This document shows positions 35,246 to 43,507 of a stretch of DNA of 55,008 nt, piece after piece. Positions within the stretch are counted from its first letter, which is position 1; each line of letters begins with the position of its first letter. Source of the DNA: Candidatus Nomurabacteria bacterium (GTDB lineage: Bacteria > Patescibacteriota > Minisyncoccia > Phycocordibacterales > UBA9973); assembly GCA_943350875.1 (NCBI GenBank), contig CALRAL010000004.1, forward strand, positions 1 to 55,008, written 5' to 3'. The translations under genes were made by a program, and so were the position numbers. The notes under the pieces were generated by a model that had not been told where the DNA came from, ran no database searches, and was given only the letters and a program-made list of their open reading frames with translations.

Positions 35246-36298
35246 TTATATCAATTTCTTTTGTTTCTCATCTACAAAATCTATTTTTAAATGTTCATAG
35301 GCTTTCTGGGTAGCGACACGGCCTCGAGCAGTGCGTTCTAGGAGTCCGAGCTGGATCAAGTATGGTTCTATCACTTCTTCGATTGTGGCTTCTTCTTCAG
35401 CCAAGGCGGCGGCCATTGTTTTTAATCCAACAGGTCCACCCCTGAATTTCTGTATCAAAATTTCCAAGAATTTTCTATCCCCACTATTTAATCCAATGTC
35501 ATCTACTGAAAGCATTTGAAGGGCCTCTTTCACAGTATCTTTGCTTAAGGGTTTTTTACTAACTTGGGCAAAATCACGACAACGTTTCAAGAAATAGTTT
35601 GCCGTACGAGGCGTAAATCTACTTCTCTTGGCAATTTCTTTCAAAGCCTCATCTTCTAGTTTAGTTTCTAGAAGTTTGCTGGATCTTTTTATTATTTCTG
35701 CGATTTCTTCATTGGAATAAAATTCCAGTCTGAAAACTCCTCCCGAGAAACGTGAGCGGAGCGGGGAAGACACAAGTGCCACTCGAGTAGTCGCTGCTAT
35801 GAGGGTAAAAGGCGGTAGGTCGAGCTGTATGGTGCGAGCACTTGGGCCTTTACCGATGATGATATCCAAAACCCCAGACTCCATAGCAGGGTAGAGTATC
35901 TCTTCTACCATTTTATTTAATCTGTGTATCTCATCAATGAACAATATGTCCCCTGGAGCGAGGTTGGTGAGGATAGAAGCAAGATCTCCGACCTTCTCAA
36001 TAGCGGGACCAGAAGTTATTTTCATCTGTTTACCTGTTTCTTTGGCTATAAGGTGGGCAAGGGTGGTTTTACCTAGTCCTGGGGGGCCATAAAAGAGGAT
36101 ATGTTCAGGAATATGGCCCCTCTCTTCAGCCGCTCGAAGCAGGATTTTAACGTTGTCTTTTATGTGTTTTTGGCCAATATAGTCCTCCCAACGGTTTGGG
36201 CGGAGGGTTTGGTCTAATACAACATCTTCAATTTTTTCCTTTTTATTAGTATTCATTTTGCGCTTGACCTCGTCGCTTGCGAGCGACTGGGTTGACAT
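35246..36298 (-). CDS. ruvB: Holliday junction branch migration helicase RuvB. An alternative start lies at 36256.
   Basis: LRPNRWEDYIGQ, GPPGLGKTTLA, ILFIDEIHRL and a RuvB C-terminal winged-helix region. Confidence 0.92.
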   Translation of the reverse strand: MSTQSLASDEVKRKMNTNKKEKIEDVVLDQTLRPNRWEDYIGQKHIKDNVKILLRAAEERGHIPEHILFYGPPGLGKTTLAHLIAKETGKQMKITSGPAIEKVGDLASILTNLAPGDILFIDEIHRLNKMVEEILYPAMESGVLDIIIGKGPSARTIQLDLPPFTLIAATTRVALVSSPLRSRFSGGVFRLEFYSNEEIAEIIKRSSKLLETKLEDEALKEIAKRSRFTPRTANYFLKRCRDFAQVSKKPLSKDTVKEALQMLSVDDIGLNSGDRKFLEILIQKFRGGPVGLKTMAAALAEEEATIEEVIEPYLIQLGLLERTARGRVATQKAYEHLKIDFVDEKQKKLI

Positions 36299-36394
36299 TT
36301 TTCTATAATATGCTATACTCTATTAAATGGCTTATTAACAGTATATCCACATTATAGCATTTACAGAAATGCTGATGTAGTATAATTTACTTTA

Positions 36395-36572
36395 TCAAAT
36401 CTGCCGTTTTTGACAAAAGAAGACACTAACCTCTAAGCAATCAACCATTGGTTCTATAATTTTGAGTAGGACGTCTTGGCATTCTTCGGAATCGCTGGTG
36501 CTATCCTTCGAGAATTTGTTACTTTTGTGGTTTATCTACAAAAGGATTGTTTAGAGATTAGTGTTTTTTTTA
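36395..36572 (+). ncRNA. Candidate small structured RNA, antisense to the flanking genes (speculative)
   Basis: TTTACA (36360-36365), 15 nt, TATAAT (36381-36386). A 21-nt closing stem pairs 36422-36442 with 36545-36565 and is followed by 8 T. Internal hairpins include a UUCG tetraloop (36482-36493) and CTTTTGT/ACAAAAG (36522-36544). Confidence 0.3.
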
Positions 36573-36613
36573 TTTGATTTTTGTTAGAAAATCATCCCGA
36601 GCGTAGCGAGAGA

Positions 36614-38329
36614 CTATTCCTCCAACAAGTCCACCACGCTTTGCACTTCTTCAAAGTCAGTTATTCCATTTAGTATTTTTACTATGCCGTCTTGGCGCAT
36701 AGAGAGGATGCCTTGAGTTTTGGCAATTCTTTTTATTTCTCTTTCGCTTGGATTTTGGGGAATTATTTTTTCTATATTTTCATCATTCCTAATCGCTTCA
36801 AATATTCCTATTCGTCCTTTGTATCCTGTCATGTTGCATTTTTCACATCCAGCTGGGACAAATATTTTGTATGGGGTATCAGGATTTATATTATATTTAG
36901 ATAGATCTTTACCCTCTTCTTTTATGCTAGCTAGTACAATTTTTATTGTTTTATCTTCTTTTTCACTTAAAGCTTTTTCTTTTTTACAAGACACACAGAG
37001 TTTGCGTACTAAGCGTTGCGCTATAGAGAGAGATAAGGCTGAGACTAGAATTTTTGGATTTACTCCGAGGTCTATTAGACGTGGTATTACTCCGGCCGCA
37101 TTGTTTGTGTGGAGCGTTGAGAAAACCATGTGCCCAGTCAAAGCAGATTCTACAGCTATACCGGCTGTTTCGCCATCACGGATTTCTCCTACCATTATCA
37201 CATCTGGGTCTTGGCGCATGATTGAACGCAAACCATCTGCAAAAGTATAACCTTTCTGATTATTTGTCTGAGTTTGGGTGATACCATTTAGGTGATATTC
37301 TACTGGGTCTTCAATCGTGATGATGTTTATCTCTCCTGAATATATTTTTCTTAAAAATGCATATAAAGTAGTTGTTTTTCCTGAACCTGTTGGACCTGTC
37401 ACGAGTATCAAACCATTGGGCTTTTTTATTTCTTCTTCAATTATTGAATACAAATATTTTTCGATTCCGATATCTTGCAAATCCACTTGGATTGATTTTG
37501 GATCAAGTATACGCATAACAATAGCTTCTCCATACGATCCAGGTATGAGCGATGTACGGATACTTATTTCATCTTTATCTTCTTCGATGCTAAATCTGCC
37601 GTCTTGAGCATTCTGTGAATTTATTTTCATTCCAGAAAGAAGTTTTATTCTAGAATTTAACAAATTAAAAACATTTAATTTTAAAAATACTACATCTTGC
37701 AGGACTCCGTCAAGGCGGAGTCGTAGTCGTGCTTTGTCCTCTTCTGGTTCGATGTGTATATCAGATGCTTTTATGGCTATAGCTCCGGCCAATATTATTT
37801 CTAAGATATGTGAAATCTTATGTACTTGATTGCCTTCCATCGCTTCATTAATATACTTTTCAATGTCTTGCATTTTCTGTATATTTTTAGCTGTATTCCT
37901 CAAAACTTCTGCAGATATGTCTAGTCCTCCAGCTTTTGAGTTTTCAGCTAAAGAAAGTTCTTGATATCTATTCCACACTTTTTCTAAACTTGCGAGAGAT
38001 ACCATATAGAATGTTGGCACTAAGTTCTTCCTTTCCATCTCTTCTTTTAGTTTACTGATCAAATCCGGATCTGGAGAACGTAAAGCAATGAAAATGTTTT
38101 TACCCGAGAGCTTAAAAGGTACCGCATTCATTTCATGTGAATCTTTTTCAGATATTGCGCGGAGGGCTTCGTTGTCCACTACAGCACGGTACAGGTCTAT
38201 ATATGGTAGCCCATACTTTGCTTCCGCCAAGGCAGACACGAGCTGTTCTTCTTCTAGTTTGTGCAACTCGTTTAGCTGTTTATTTTGTTTGTCTTCATCA
38301 AAGTCTGACATTTGTAAAGTATATATCAT
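36614..38329 (-). CDS. pilB: GspE/PilB-family secretion or type IV pilus assembly ATPase
   Basis: Walker A VTGPTGSGKTTTLYA, MRQDPDVIMVGEIRD, VFSTLHTNNA, and the tetracysteine CVSCKK...CEKCNMTGYKGR. Confidence 0.85.
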   Translation of the reverse strand: MIYTLQMSDFDEDKQNKQLNELHKLEEEQLVSALAEAKYGLPYIDLYRAVVDNEALRAISEKDSHEMNAVPFKLSGKNIFIALRSPDPDLISKLKEEMERKNLVPTFYMVSLASLEKVWNRYQELSLAENSKAGGLDISAEVLRNTAKNIQKMQDIEKYINEAMEGNQVHKISHILEIILAGAIAIKASDIHIEPEEDKARLRLRLDGVLQDVVFLKLNVFNLLNSRIKLLSGMKINSQNAQDGRFSIEEDKDEISIRTSLIPGSYGEAIVMRILDPKSIQVDLQDIGIEKYLYSIIEEEIKKPNGLILVTGPTGSGKTTTLYAFLRKIYSGEINIITIEDPVEYHLNGITQTQTNNQKGYTFADGLRSIMRQDPDVIMVGEIRDGETAGIAVESALTGHMVFSTLHTNNAAGVIPRLIDLGVNPKILVSALSLSIAQRLVRKLCVSCKKEKALSEKEDKTIKIVLASIKEEGKDLSKYNINPDTPYKIFVPAGCEKCNMTGYKGRIGIFEAIRNDENIEKIIPQNPSEREIKRIAKTQGILSMRQDGIVKILNGITDFEEVQSVVDLLEE

Positions 38330-38376
38330 TTTCGCATTAAATTACAGTGTTTTATACTTTATGCTAATATTAAAAA

Positions 38377-38916
38377 ATGCAAAAAGTTTCGGGGAATATA
38401 AAAGATACAGAACGAATAGCCAAAGCTTTTTTAAGTAACCTTTTAAAAATTAAAAATAAAGAGGCCACTGTTGTGGGCCTTTCGGGGGATTTAGGGGTTG
38501 GTAAGACTGCTTTTACCCAGATGATTGCTAAATTGCTTGGTATTAAAGAGAGGGTAAATAGTCCCACTTTTGTGATAATGAAGAAGTATGTTCTCCCCCT
38601 GCCAAGGGGGAGTGCCCAAAGGGCGAGGGGGTCTAAGACTAACACCCCTCCCAACCCTCCCCTTCGCAGGGGAGGAGCTAATTTCAAATATCTCTTTCAC
38701 CTAGATGCTTACAGATTGAAGAATCATAAAGAATTGTTGATTTTGGGTTGGGAGGAAATAATTAAAGACAAAAATAACCTAGTTTTCATAGAATGGCCAG
38801 AAAATGTAGTTAAAGCTATGCCTAAAAACCACACCAAAATCTCAATTTCTCACCTGCCTACCGGCAAGGCAGGCACCAAAGATGGGCATAGGAGTTTTAA
38901 GATAAAAGGTCTCTAA
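38377..38916 (+). CDS. tsaE: tRNA t6A37 biosynthesis ATPase TsaE (YjeE)
   Basis: LSGDLGVGKTAFTQ P-loop, VNSPTFVIMKKY, HLDAYRL. Confidence 0.8.
   Translation: MQKVSGNIKDTERIAKAFLSNLLKIKNKEATVVGLSGDLGVGKTAFTQMIAKLLGIKERVNSPTFVIMKKYVLPLPRGSAQRARGSKTNTPPNPPLRRGGANFKYLFHLDAYRLKNHKELLILGWEEIIKDKNNLVFIEWPENVVKAMPKNHTKISISHLPTGKAGTKDGHRSFKIKGL
38593..38675. repeat. Modular GC-rich multi-hairpin element in frame in tsaE
   Basis: CTCCCCC-tgccaa-GGGGGAG; GCCC-aaa-GGGC; GAGGGG..CCCCTC; ccaaCCCTCCCC-ttcgca-GGGGAGG. It sits between the conserved SPTF..Y and HLDAYRL blocks. Confidence 0.75.
38853..38873. repeat. CCTGCC...GGCAGG hairpin in frame near the tsaE C-terminus
   Basis: CCTGCC-taccggcaa-GGCAGG, encoding LPTGKAG. 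Confidence 0.55.
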
Positions 38917-38937
38917 AATGCTATAATTTCTGTAATT

Positions 38938-41343
38938 ATGGAAGATAAAAAGAAGTTATTAGTACTCCTTGATTCTCACGCGATAATACACCGCGCGTAT
39001 CATGCCTTGCCGGATTTTTTGTCTTCCAAAGGCGAACCGACAGGGGCTTTGTATGGGCTTTCCAATATGCTGATGAAGATTATTTCTGATTTGAAGCCGG
39101 ATTATATTGTGGCTTGTTATGACCTTCCAGGGAAAACTTTCCGCCATGAAGCATATAGAGATTACAAAGCGGGCAGGATAAAAGCTGATGACGCGTTAAT
39201 TTCTCAACTAAAAAGTTCACGCAAGATTTTTGAGGCATTTAATATTCCTATTTATGATTCGCCTGGGTTTGAAGCAGACGATATTTTGGGGACAATAGTA
39301 GAAGAAATGAAGGGAAATGTAAACATAATAATTGCTTCAGGCGATATGGATACGATGCAATTAGTGGATGATAAAAAAGTACAAGTTTATACACCCAAGA
39401 AAGGAATTACTGACACTATTTTATACGACGAGAGGGCTGTTTTTTCACGATTTGGTTTCAAGCCAGAACTTTTACCAGATTATAAAGGATTACGAGGAGA
39501 CCCGTCAGATAACATTATCGGCATAAAAGGAATTGGTGAAAAAACAGCCACGAATTTGATTATAAATTTTGGAACGATTGAAGAAATTTACAGAGAGTTA
39601 AAAGTTGGAAGTAAAAAGTTTAAAGAAATTGGATTAACAGAACGTATAATTAATTTATTAAAAAATAATGAAGAAGAAGCAGTGTTTTCTAAAACCTTGG
39701 CGACGATCAGGCGTGATGCACCGATACATTTTGTTTTATCACAGAAAACCTTTTGGGAAAATGCTGATTTAAAGAAAATTGAGCAAACTTTCGTTTTATT
39801 TGAATTTAGGAGTTTATTTGCCCGTCTGAGGAACTTTTTTGGTGCCAATCAGAAGTTTCCTGAAGATGACAAAACTTTGCTTCCCCAAATTTCTCCAGAA
39901 AGACTGCAAGAAACCTCAATCGCCCTTTGGCTTATAAATTCTGATATGACGAATCCGAATTTAGAGGATATTTTGCTCTATGCCAATACTCCTGCCCGCA
40001 ATGCTTTCAGCATAGCTGATGCAGGCGGGGATGCTTTTGAAACAGCACGAGAGTTTATCTTTAAAAAACTGAAGGAAAATAAATTAGAGAAAATTTATGA
40101 AGAAATTGAAAAGCCAATTATTCCAATAGTGAAAGAAATGGAGGATCATGGTGTCCTGATAGATAAAAAGTATTTTGAAAATTTGTCAAAAGAATATCAT
40201 ATAGAATTAGATAAACTTACAAAGAAAATATATGAAATGGCAGGCACCGAGTTTAATATCAATTCCCCAAAGCAGATGGGTGAAGTTTTGTTTGGTAAAA
40301 TGGGTATAAAGTCAGGATCAAAGATGGCTAAAAAGGGTGCAAGTGGTAATTTTTCCACAAAAGTTTCTATTTTGGAAGAATTAGAAGATGGGAATCCAAT
40401 CATCAAAGAAATTCTTGCTTATAGAGAATTACAGAAATTACTTTCGACGTATATTGATGTGATTCCTAAAATAACAGGGGAAGATGGCAGGATCCATGCG
40501 AAGTTTTTACAGAACAATACCACTACTGGCAGATTCTCTTCCCAAGATCCGAATTTACAAAATTTACCAATAAAAAGTGAACTTGGCAGAAGAATCAGAG
40601 ACGGTTTTATTGCTAAAAATGGGTACAAACTCTCTGCTTTTGACTATAGTCAGATAGAACTTCGGATGGTGGCGATACTCTCGGGAGATAAAAAGATGAC
40701 ACAGATTTTTAAAGAAGGAAAAGACATTCATGCAGGTGTGGCATCTTTTGTTTTTGGAGTACCAATAGATAAAGTGGACAAAGAAATGCGTCGTAAAGCG
40801 AAAGTGATAAACTTCGGCATTATATATGGTATGGGAGTTTCTGCTTTAAGGAAGAATCTTAATGGAACTCGAGAAGAAGCACAAAAGTTTTATGATAATT
40901 ATTTTAATCAATTCTCTGGAGTGCGAGATTATTTAGAAAGTGTGAAAAGTTTTGCAATCAAGAATACTTATACAGAGACATTGTTTGGTAGACGAAGATA
41001 TTTTCCAAATATAAATTCCAAAATGCCTTTTTTAAAAAATATGGCAGAGCGCACAGCTACTAACGCTCCAGTGCAGGGGACAGCAGCAGATGTCATCAAG
41101 CTCGCTATCAGGTATGCCTACGAAGATTTAAAAAAGGCTGGATTATTAGAAAAAGCGCATTTAGTTCTCCAGATTCATGATGAATTGGTGTATGAAATAG
41201 AGGAAAACACGCTTGAAAAAGCAAGTAAAATTATAGAAAATGCTATGCAGACAGTGCTCACGAGGTCTTACTTTATGTATACAGGGGAGATCCCCATTTT
41301 AGTGCATTTTGGTTCGGGAAATAATCTAGGGGAAGTGAAGTAG
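38938..41343 (+). CDS. polA: DNA polymerase I (5'-3' exonuclease + polymerase domains)
   Basis: N-terminal LLVLLDSHAIIHRAYHA...GIKGIGEKTA (5' nuclease). C-terminal DYSQIELR, RRKAKVINFGIIYG and QIHDELV polymerase motifs. Confidence 0.92.
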   Translation: MEDKKKLLVLLDSHAIIHRAYHALPDFLSSKGEPTGALYGLSNMLMKIISDLKPDYIVACYDLPGKTFRHEAYRDYKAGRIKADDALISQLKSSRKIFEAFNIPIYDSPGFEADDILGTIVEEMKGNVNIIIASGDMDTMQLVDDKKVQVYTPKKGITDTILYDERAVFSRFGFKPELLPDYKGLRGDPSDNIIGIKGIGEKTATNLIINFGTIEEIYRELKVGSKKFKEIGLTERIINLLKNNEEEAVFSKTLATIRRDAPIHFVLSQKTFWENADLKKIEQTFVLFEFRSLFARLRNFFGANQKFPEDDKTLLPQISPERLQETSIALWLINSDMTNPNLEDILLYANTPARNAFSIADAGGDAFETAREFIFKKLKENKLEKIYEEIEKPIIPIVKEMEDHGVLIDKKYFENLSKEYHIELDKLTKKIYEMAGTEFNINSPKQMGEVLFGKMGIKSGSKMAKKGASGNFSTKVSILEELEDGNPIIKEILAYRELQKLLSTYIDVIPKITGEDGRIHAKFLQNNTTTGRFSSQDPNLQNLPIKSELGRRIRDGFIAKNGYKLSAFDYSQIELRMVAILSGDKKMTQIFKEGKDIHAGVASFVFGVPIDKVDKEMRRKAKVINFGIIYGMGVSALRKNLNGTREEAQKFYDNYFNQFSGVRDYLESVKSFAIKNTYTETLFGRRRYFPNINSKMPFLKNMAERTATNAPVQGTAADVIKLAIRYAYEDLKKAGLLEKAHLVLQIHDELVYEIEENTLEKASKIIENAMQTVLTRSYFMYTGEIPILVHFGSGNNLGEVK
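39991..40030. repeat. CCTGCCCGC...GCAGGCGGGG element (40 nt) in frame in polA
   Basis: cctgcccgcaatgctttcagcatagctgatgcaggcgggg. Homologous to 5134-5175. Confidence 0.65.
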
Positions 41344-41367
41344 TTTTTGTGCTAATATATAGGTATT

Positions 41368-41847
41368 ATGGAAAACAAATCGACAGAAAACGTGTTTAAA
41401 CCAAAAAAGGACCTCGTGCATCATATCCTGGCGCATTCTTATATGTTTTACTTTATTGCTTTTATCGTAGGGCTTTTCTTTGATTATATCTTTCCACTTA
41501 AAATATTTGAAAATAATTCTACAGTTTTACTCGGTAGCCTCGTTTCTATTTTGGGAACAATTTTAGTTTTGTGGGCGCAGAAATCTTCTAAAACTTTTGA
41601 TAAGAATAATATCACTAAAAATAGTTTTTGTAATGGGCCCTATCGTTTTACTCGTAATCCTACCCACTGGGGGCTTTTCTTTTTGATAGTTGGTTTTAGT
41701 TTCATTATGAATTCTTTGTTTATATTTTTCTTCACTATAGTTTCTTTTGTGATTACAAAATCTTTTTTCTTAAAAAGGCAAGAGAGGGTTTTGGAACATA
41801 AATATGGGGCGCCATATATGGAATACAAGAAAAGTGTCAGATTCTAA
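41368..41847 (+). CDS. Isoprenylcysteine carboxyl / phospholipid methyltransferase-family membrane protein
   Basis: 4 TM segments. GPYRFTRNPTHWGLFF resembles the ICMT/PEMT family motif. Confidence 0.55.
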   Translation: MENKSTENVFKPKKDLVHHILAHSYMFYFIAFIVGLFFDYIFPLKIFENNSTVLLGSLVSILGTILVLWAQKSSKTFDKNNITKNSFCNGPYRFTRNPTHWGLFFLIVGFSFIMNSLFIFFFTIVSFVITKSFFLKRQERVLEHKYGAPYMEYKKSVRF

Positions 41848-41850
41848 TTT

Positions 41851-42498
41851 ATGATTTACCTTTTTGCTGGGGACGATACGAAGAAAAAACTCTCTACATA
41901 TGAGAAATTCATAAACTCTTTCGATAAAAAGATGGGAGTTTTCTCCATCAATAAAAATAATTTTGACCCTTTGCAGGTAGAGAGTCTGTATTCTGGAGAT
42001 GGACTTTTTTTTTCTAAATGCGCTGTGGTTTTTTCTAACGTTTTTGAAAGTGAGGATTTGGAGGATTTTGTTTTAGATAAATTAGATTTTATGTGTGAGT
42101 CAAAGAATGAATTTATATTTTTGGAAGGTAAATTAAATAAGCTAATAATAGATGACTTCAAAAAAGCTCGGGCGGAGATAAATATCTTTGAACTACCGAA
42201 GGAGAAAAAAGAGAAATTTAATAATTTTTTACTGGCTGATGCCTTTGGCAACAGAGACAAATTAAATTTGTGGATTTATTTCAGACAAGCTATGGATAAG
42301 GGGGTGGGGATGGAGGAGCTTATCGGTATCCTGTTTTGGAAAGCAAAAGACATGATTCTAAAGAAGAATTTTAGTAAATTCTCTGAAACAGAACTCAAAG
42401 ATTTTGCCTCAAAAATCTCCTACCTTCTCCCCGAAGCCCGCAAAGACGCCCGTGATGACGAATCCGCCTTTGAGCAGTTTTTGCTGGAAGCGTTTTAG
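41851..42498 (+). CDS. Possible DNA polymerase III delta subunit (short HolA-like)
   Basis: N-terminal IYLFAGDD resembles HolA starts. Helical and short (215 aa). Weak assignment. Confidence 0.3.
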   Translation: MIYLFAGDDTKKKLSTYEKFINSFDKKMGVFSINKNNFDPLQVESLYSGDGLFFSKCAVVFSNVFESEDLEDFVLDKLDFMCESKNEFIFLEGKLNKLIIDDFKKARAEINIFELPKEKKEKFNNFLLADAFGNRDKLNLWIYFRQAMDKGVGMEELIGILFWKAKDMILKKNFSKFSETELKDFASKISYLLPEARKDARDDESAFEQFLLEAF

Positions 42499-43244
42499 GA
42501 CGCGAATATATTTTTAACCAGATTTTCCATATCCTCACATCCTTTTTTTAGGATGCGAGACCTTGTTTCTATTTTATGTATTTCATCTTTTGGTATTATT
42601 TCTAATATATTTTTATCCGTAGAAATATATTCTTTTTGGCTAGGGTAATTGTATATTATTAAAAGGTCAGTTATAGCTTCATATTTTAAAATATTTTCAA
42701 TAAATTCTTCTTCTGTTCCATTTGTATAATCTTTATATTTTGTACCATTTATCACAATAGCACCGGGACACAATATTGGCATGTCTACTGCTGCCTCTAT
42801 GAGTTTAAAATAATTCTGCTTGAAAGATTCATTTAGTTCTAAAAATTCTACTTCGTTTTTTGTGATATTTTTTATTTGTACGAAAAGTTTTGTCTTAGAT
42901 TCAAATATTTTTTGTACATTAAGTGTTTTTACATCTTTTAAAATATGAATGAGGTATTTTATATTTGCAATATTCCATATTTTCCAAAAATTAATGAATT
43001 TTGAATTTGATAGATCATCTATGTAAACAGTAGAACTAAGTAGGGCTTGATGGGCTAGAAAATAAGAAGCATTTGGAAGACCTGCTGAAAAAGTGAATAT
43101 GTAATCAAAAGCATCTGTGAGCCCTAATTCTTCTAACGCAGTAGTTGCTCCTGTGCCTACTACTCCAGTCATTATTCCGCCATTTAACACTAGGGTTATT
43201 TTCCTCCCATCATCAAAAGGCGCAGTTTTGCCTTTACGACTCAA
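42495..43244 (-). CDS. Hypothetical protein, possibly a patatin-like phospholipase
   Basis: LNGGIMTGVVGTG (glycine-rich loop) and TFSAGLPNA (GxSxG-like). The motifs are degenerate. Confidence 0.35.
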   Translation of the reverse strand: MSRKGKTAPFDDGRKITLVLNGGIMTGVVGTGATTALEELGLTDAFDYIFTFSAGLPNASYFLAHQALLSSTVYIDDLSNSKFINFWKIWNIANIKYLIHILKDVKTLNVQKIFESKTKLFVQIKNITKNEVEFLELNESFKQNYFKLIEAAVDMPILCPGAIVINGTKYKDYTNGTEEEFIENILKYEAITDLLIIYNYPSQKEYISTDKNILEIIPKDEIHKIETRSRILKKGCEDMENLVKNIFAS

Positions 43245-43373
43245 TATATTTTACGACCTCATTTTGCATTGTTTTTTAACACTGTGGTCACACATAAAAT
43301 TCTGCTGAATTTTTGCGCGACCCCGTCTCGACACCGTCGTGCCTGCGACTCGCACAAAGTATCCCATACTTTG

Positions 43374-43446
43374 TGCGCCCGGTTGGGATCGAACCAACGA
43401 CCTTATCCTTAAAAGGGATCTGCTCTACCGACTGAGCTACGGGCGC
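43374..43446 (-). tRNA. tRNA-Lys (anticodon UUU), no encoded CCA
   Basis: Hand-folded cloverleaf: GCGCCCG/CGGGCGC acceptor, GCTC..GAGC D arm, anticodon loop cTTTTaa, GTTGG-ttcgatc-CCAAC T arm. Confidence 0.9.
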
Positions 43447-43507
43447 ATTTTTTATATAACAACTAAAAGCACTTTCAAACGAGAGGTATTATGATAATAT
43501 AAGAAAT

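Noticed and set aside
36720-37250. 176-aa plus-strand ORF, and the neighbouring ORFs 36692-36904, 37317-37607 and 38088-38438
   Set aside because: All lie antisense within the well-supported pilB/gspE gene. They have no motifs and biased shadow-frame composition, so they are treated as non-coding shadows.
38370-38687. 105-aa minus-strand ORF and 38491-38700, both rich in Pro/Gly/Arg
   Set aside because: They are open only because the palindromic GC-rich element inside tsaE is stop-free on both strands. tsaE on the plus strand has clear family motifs.
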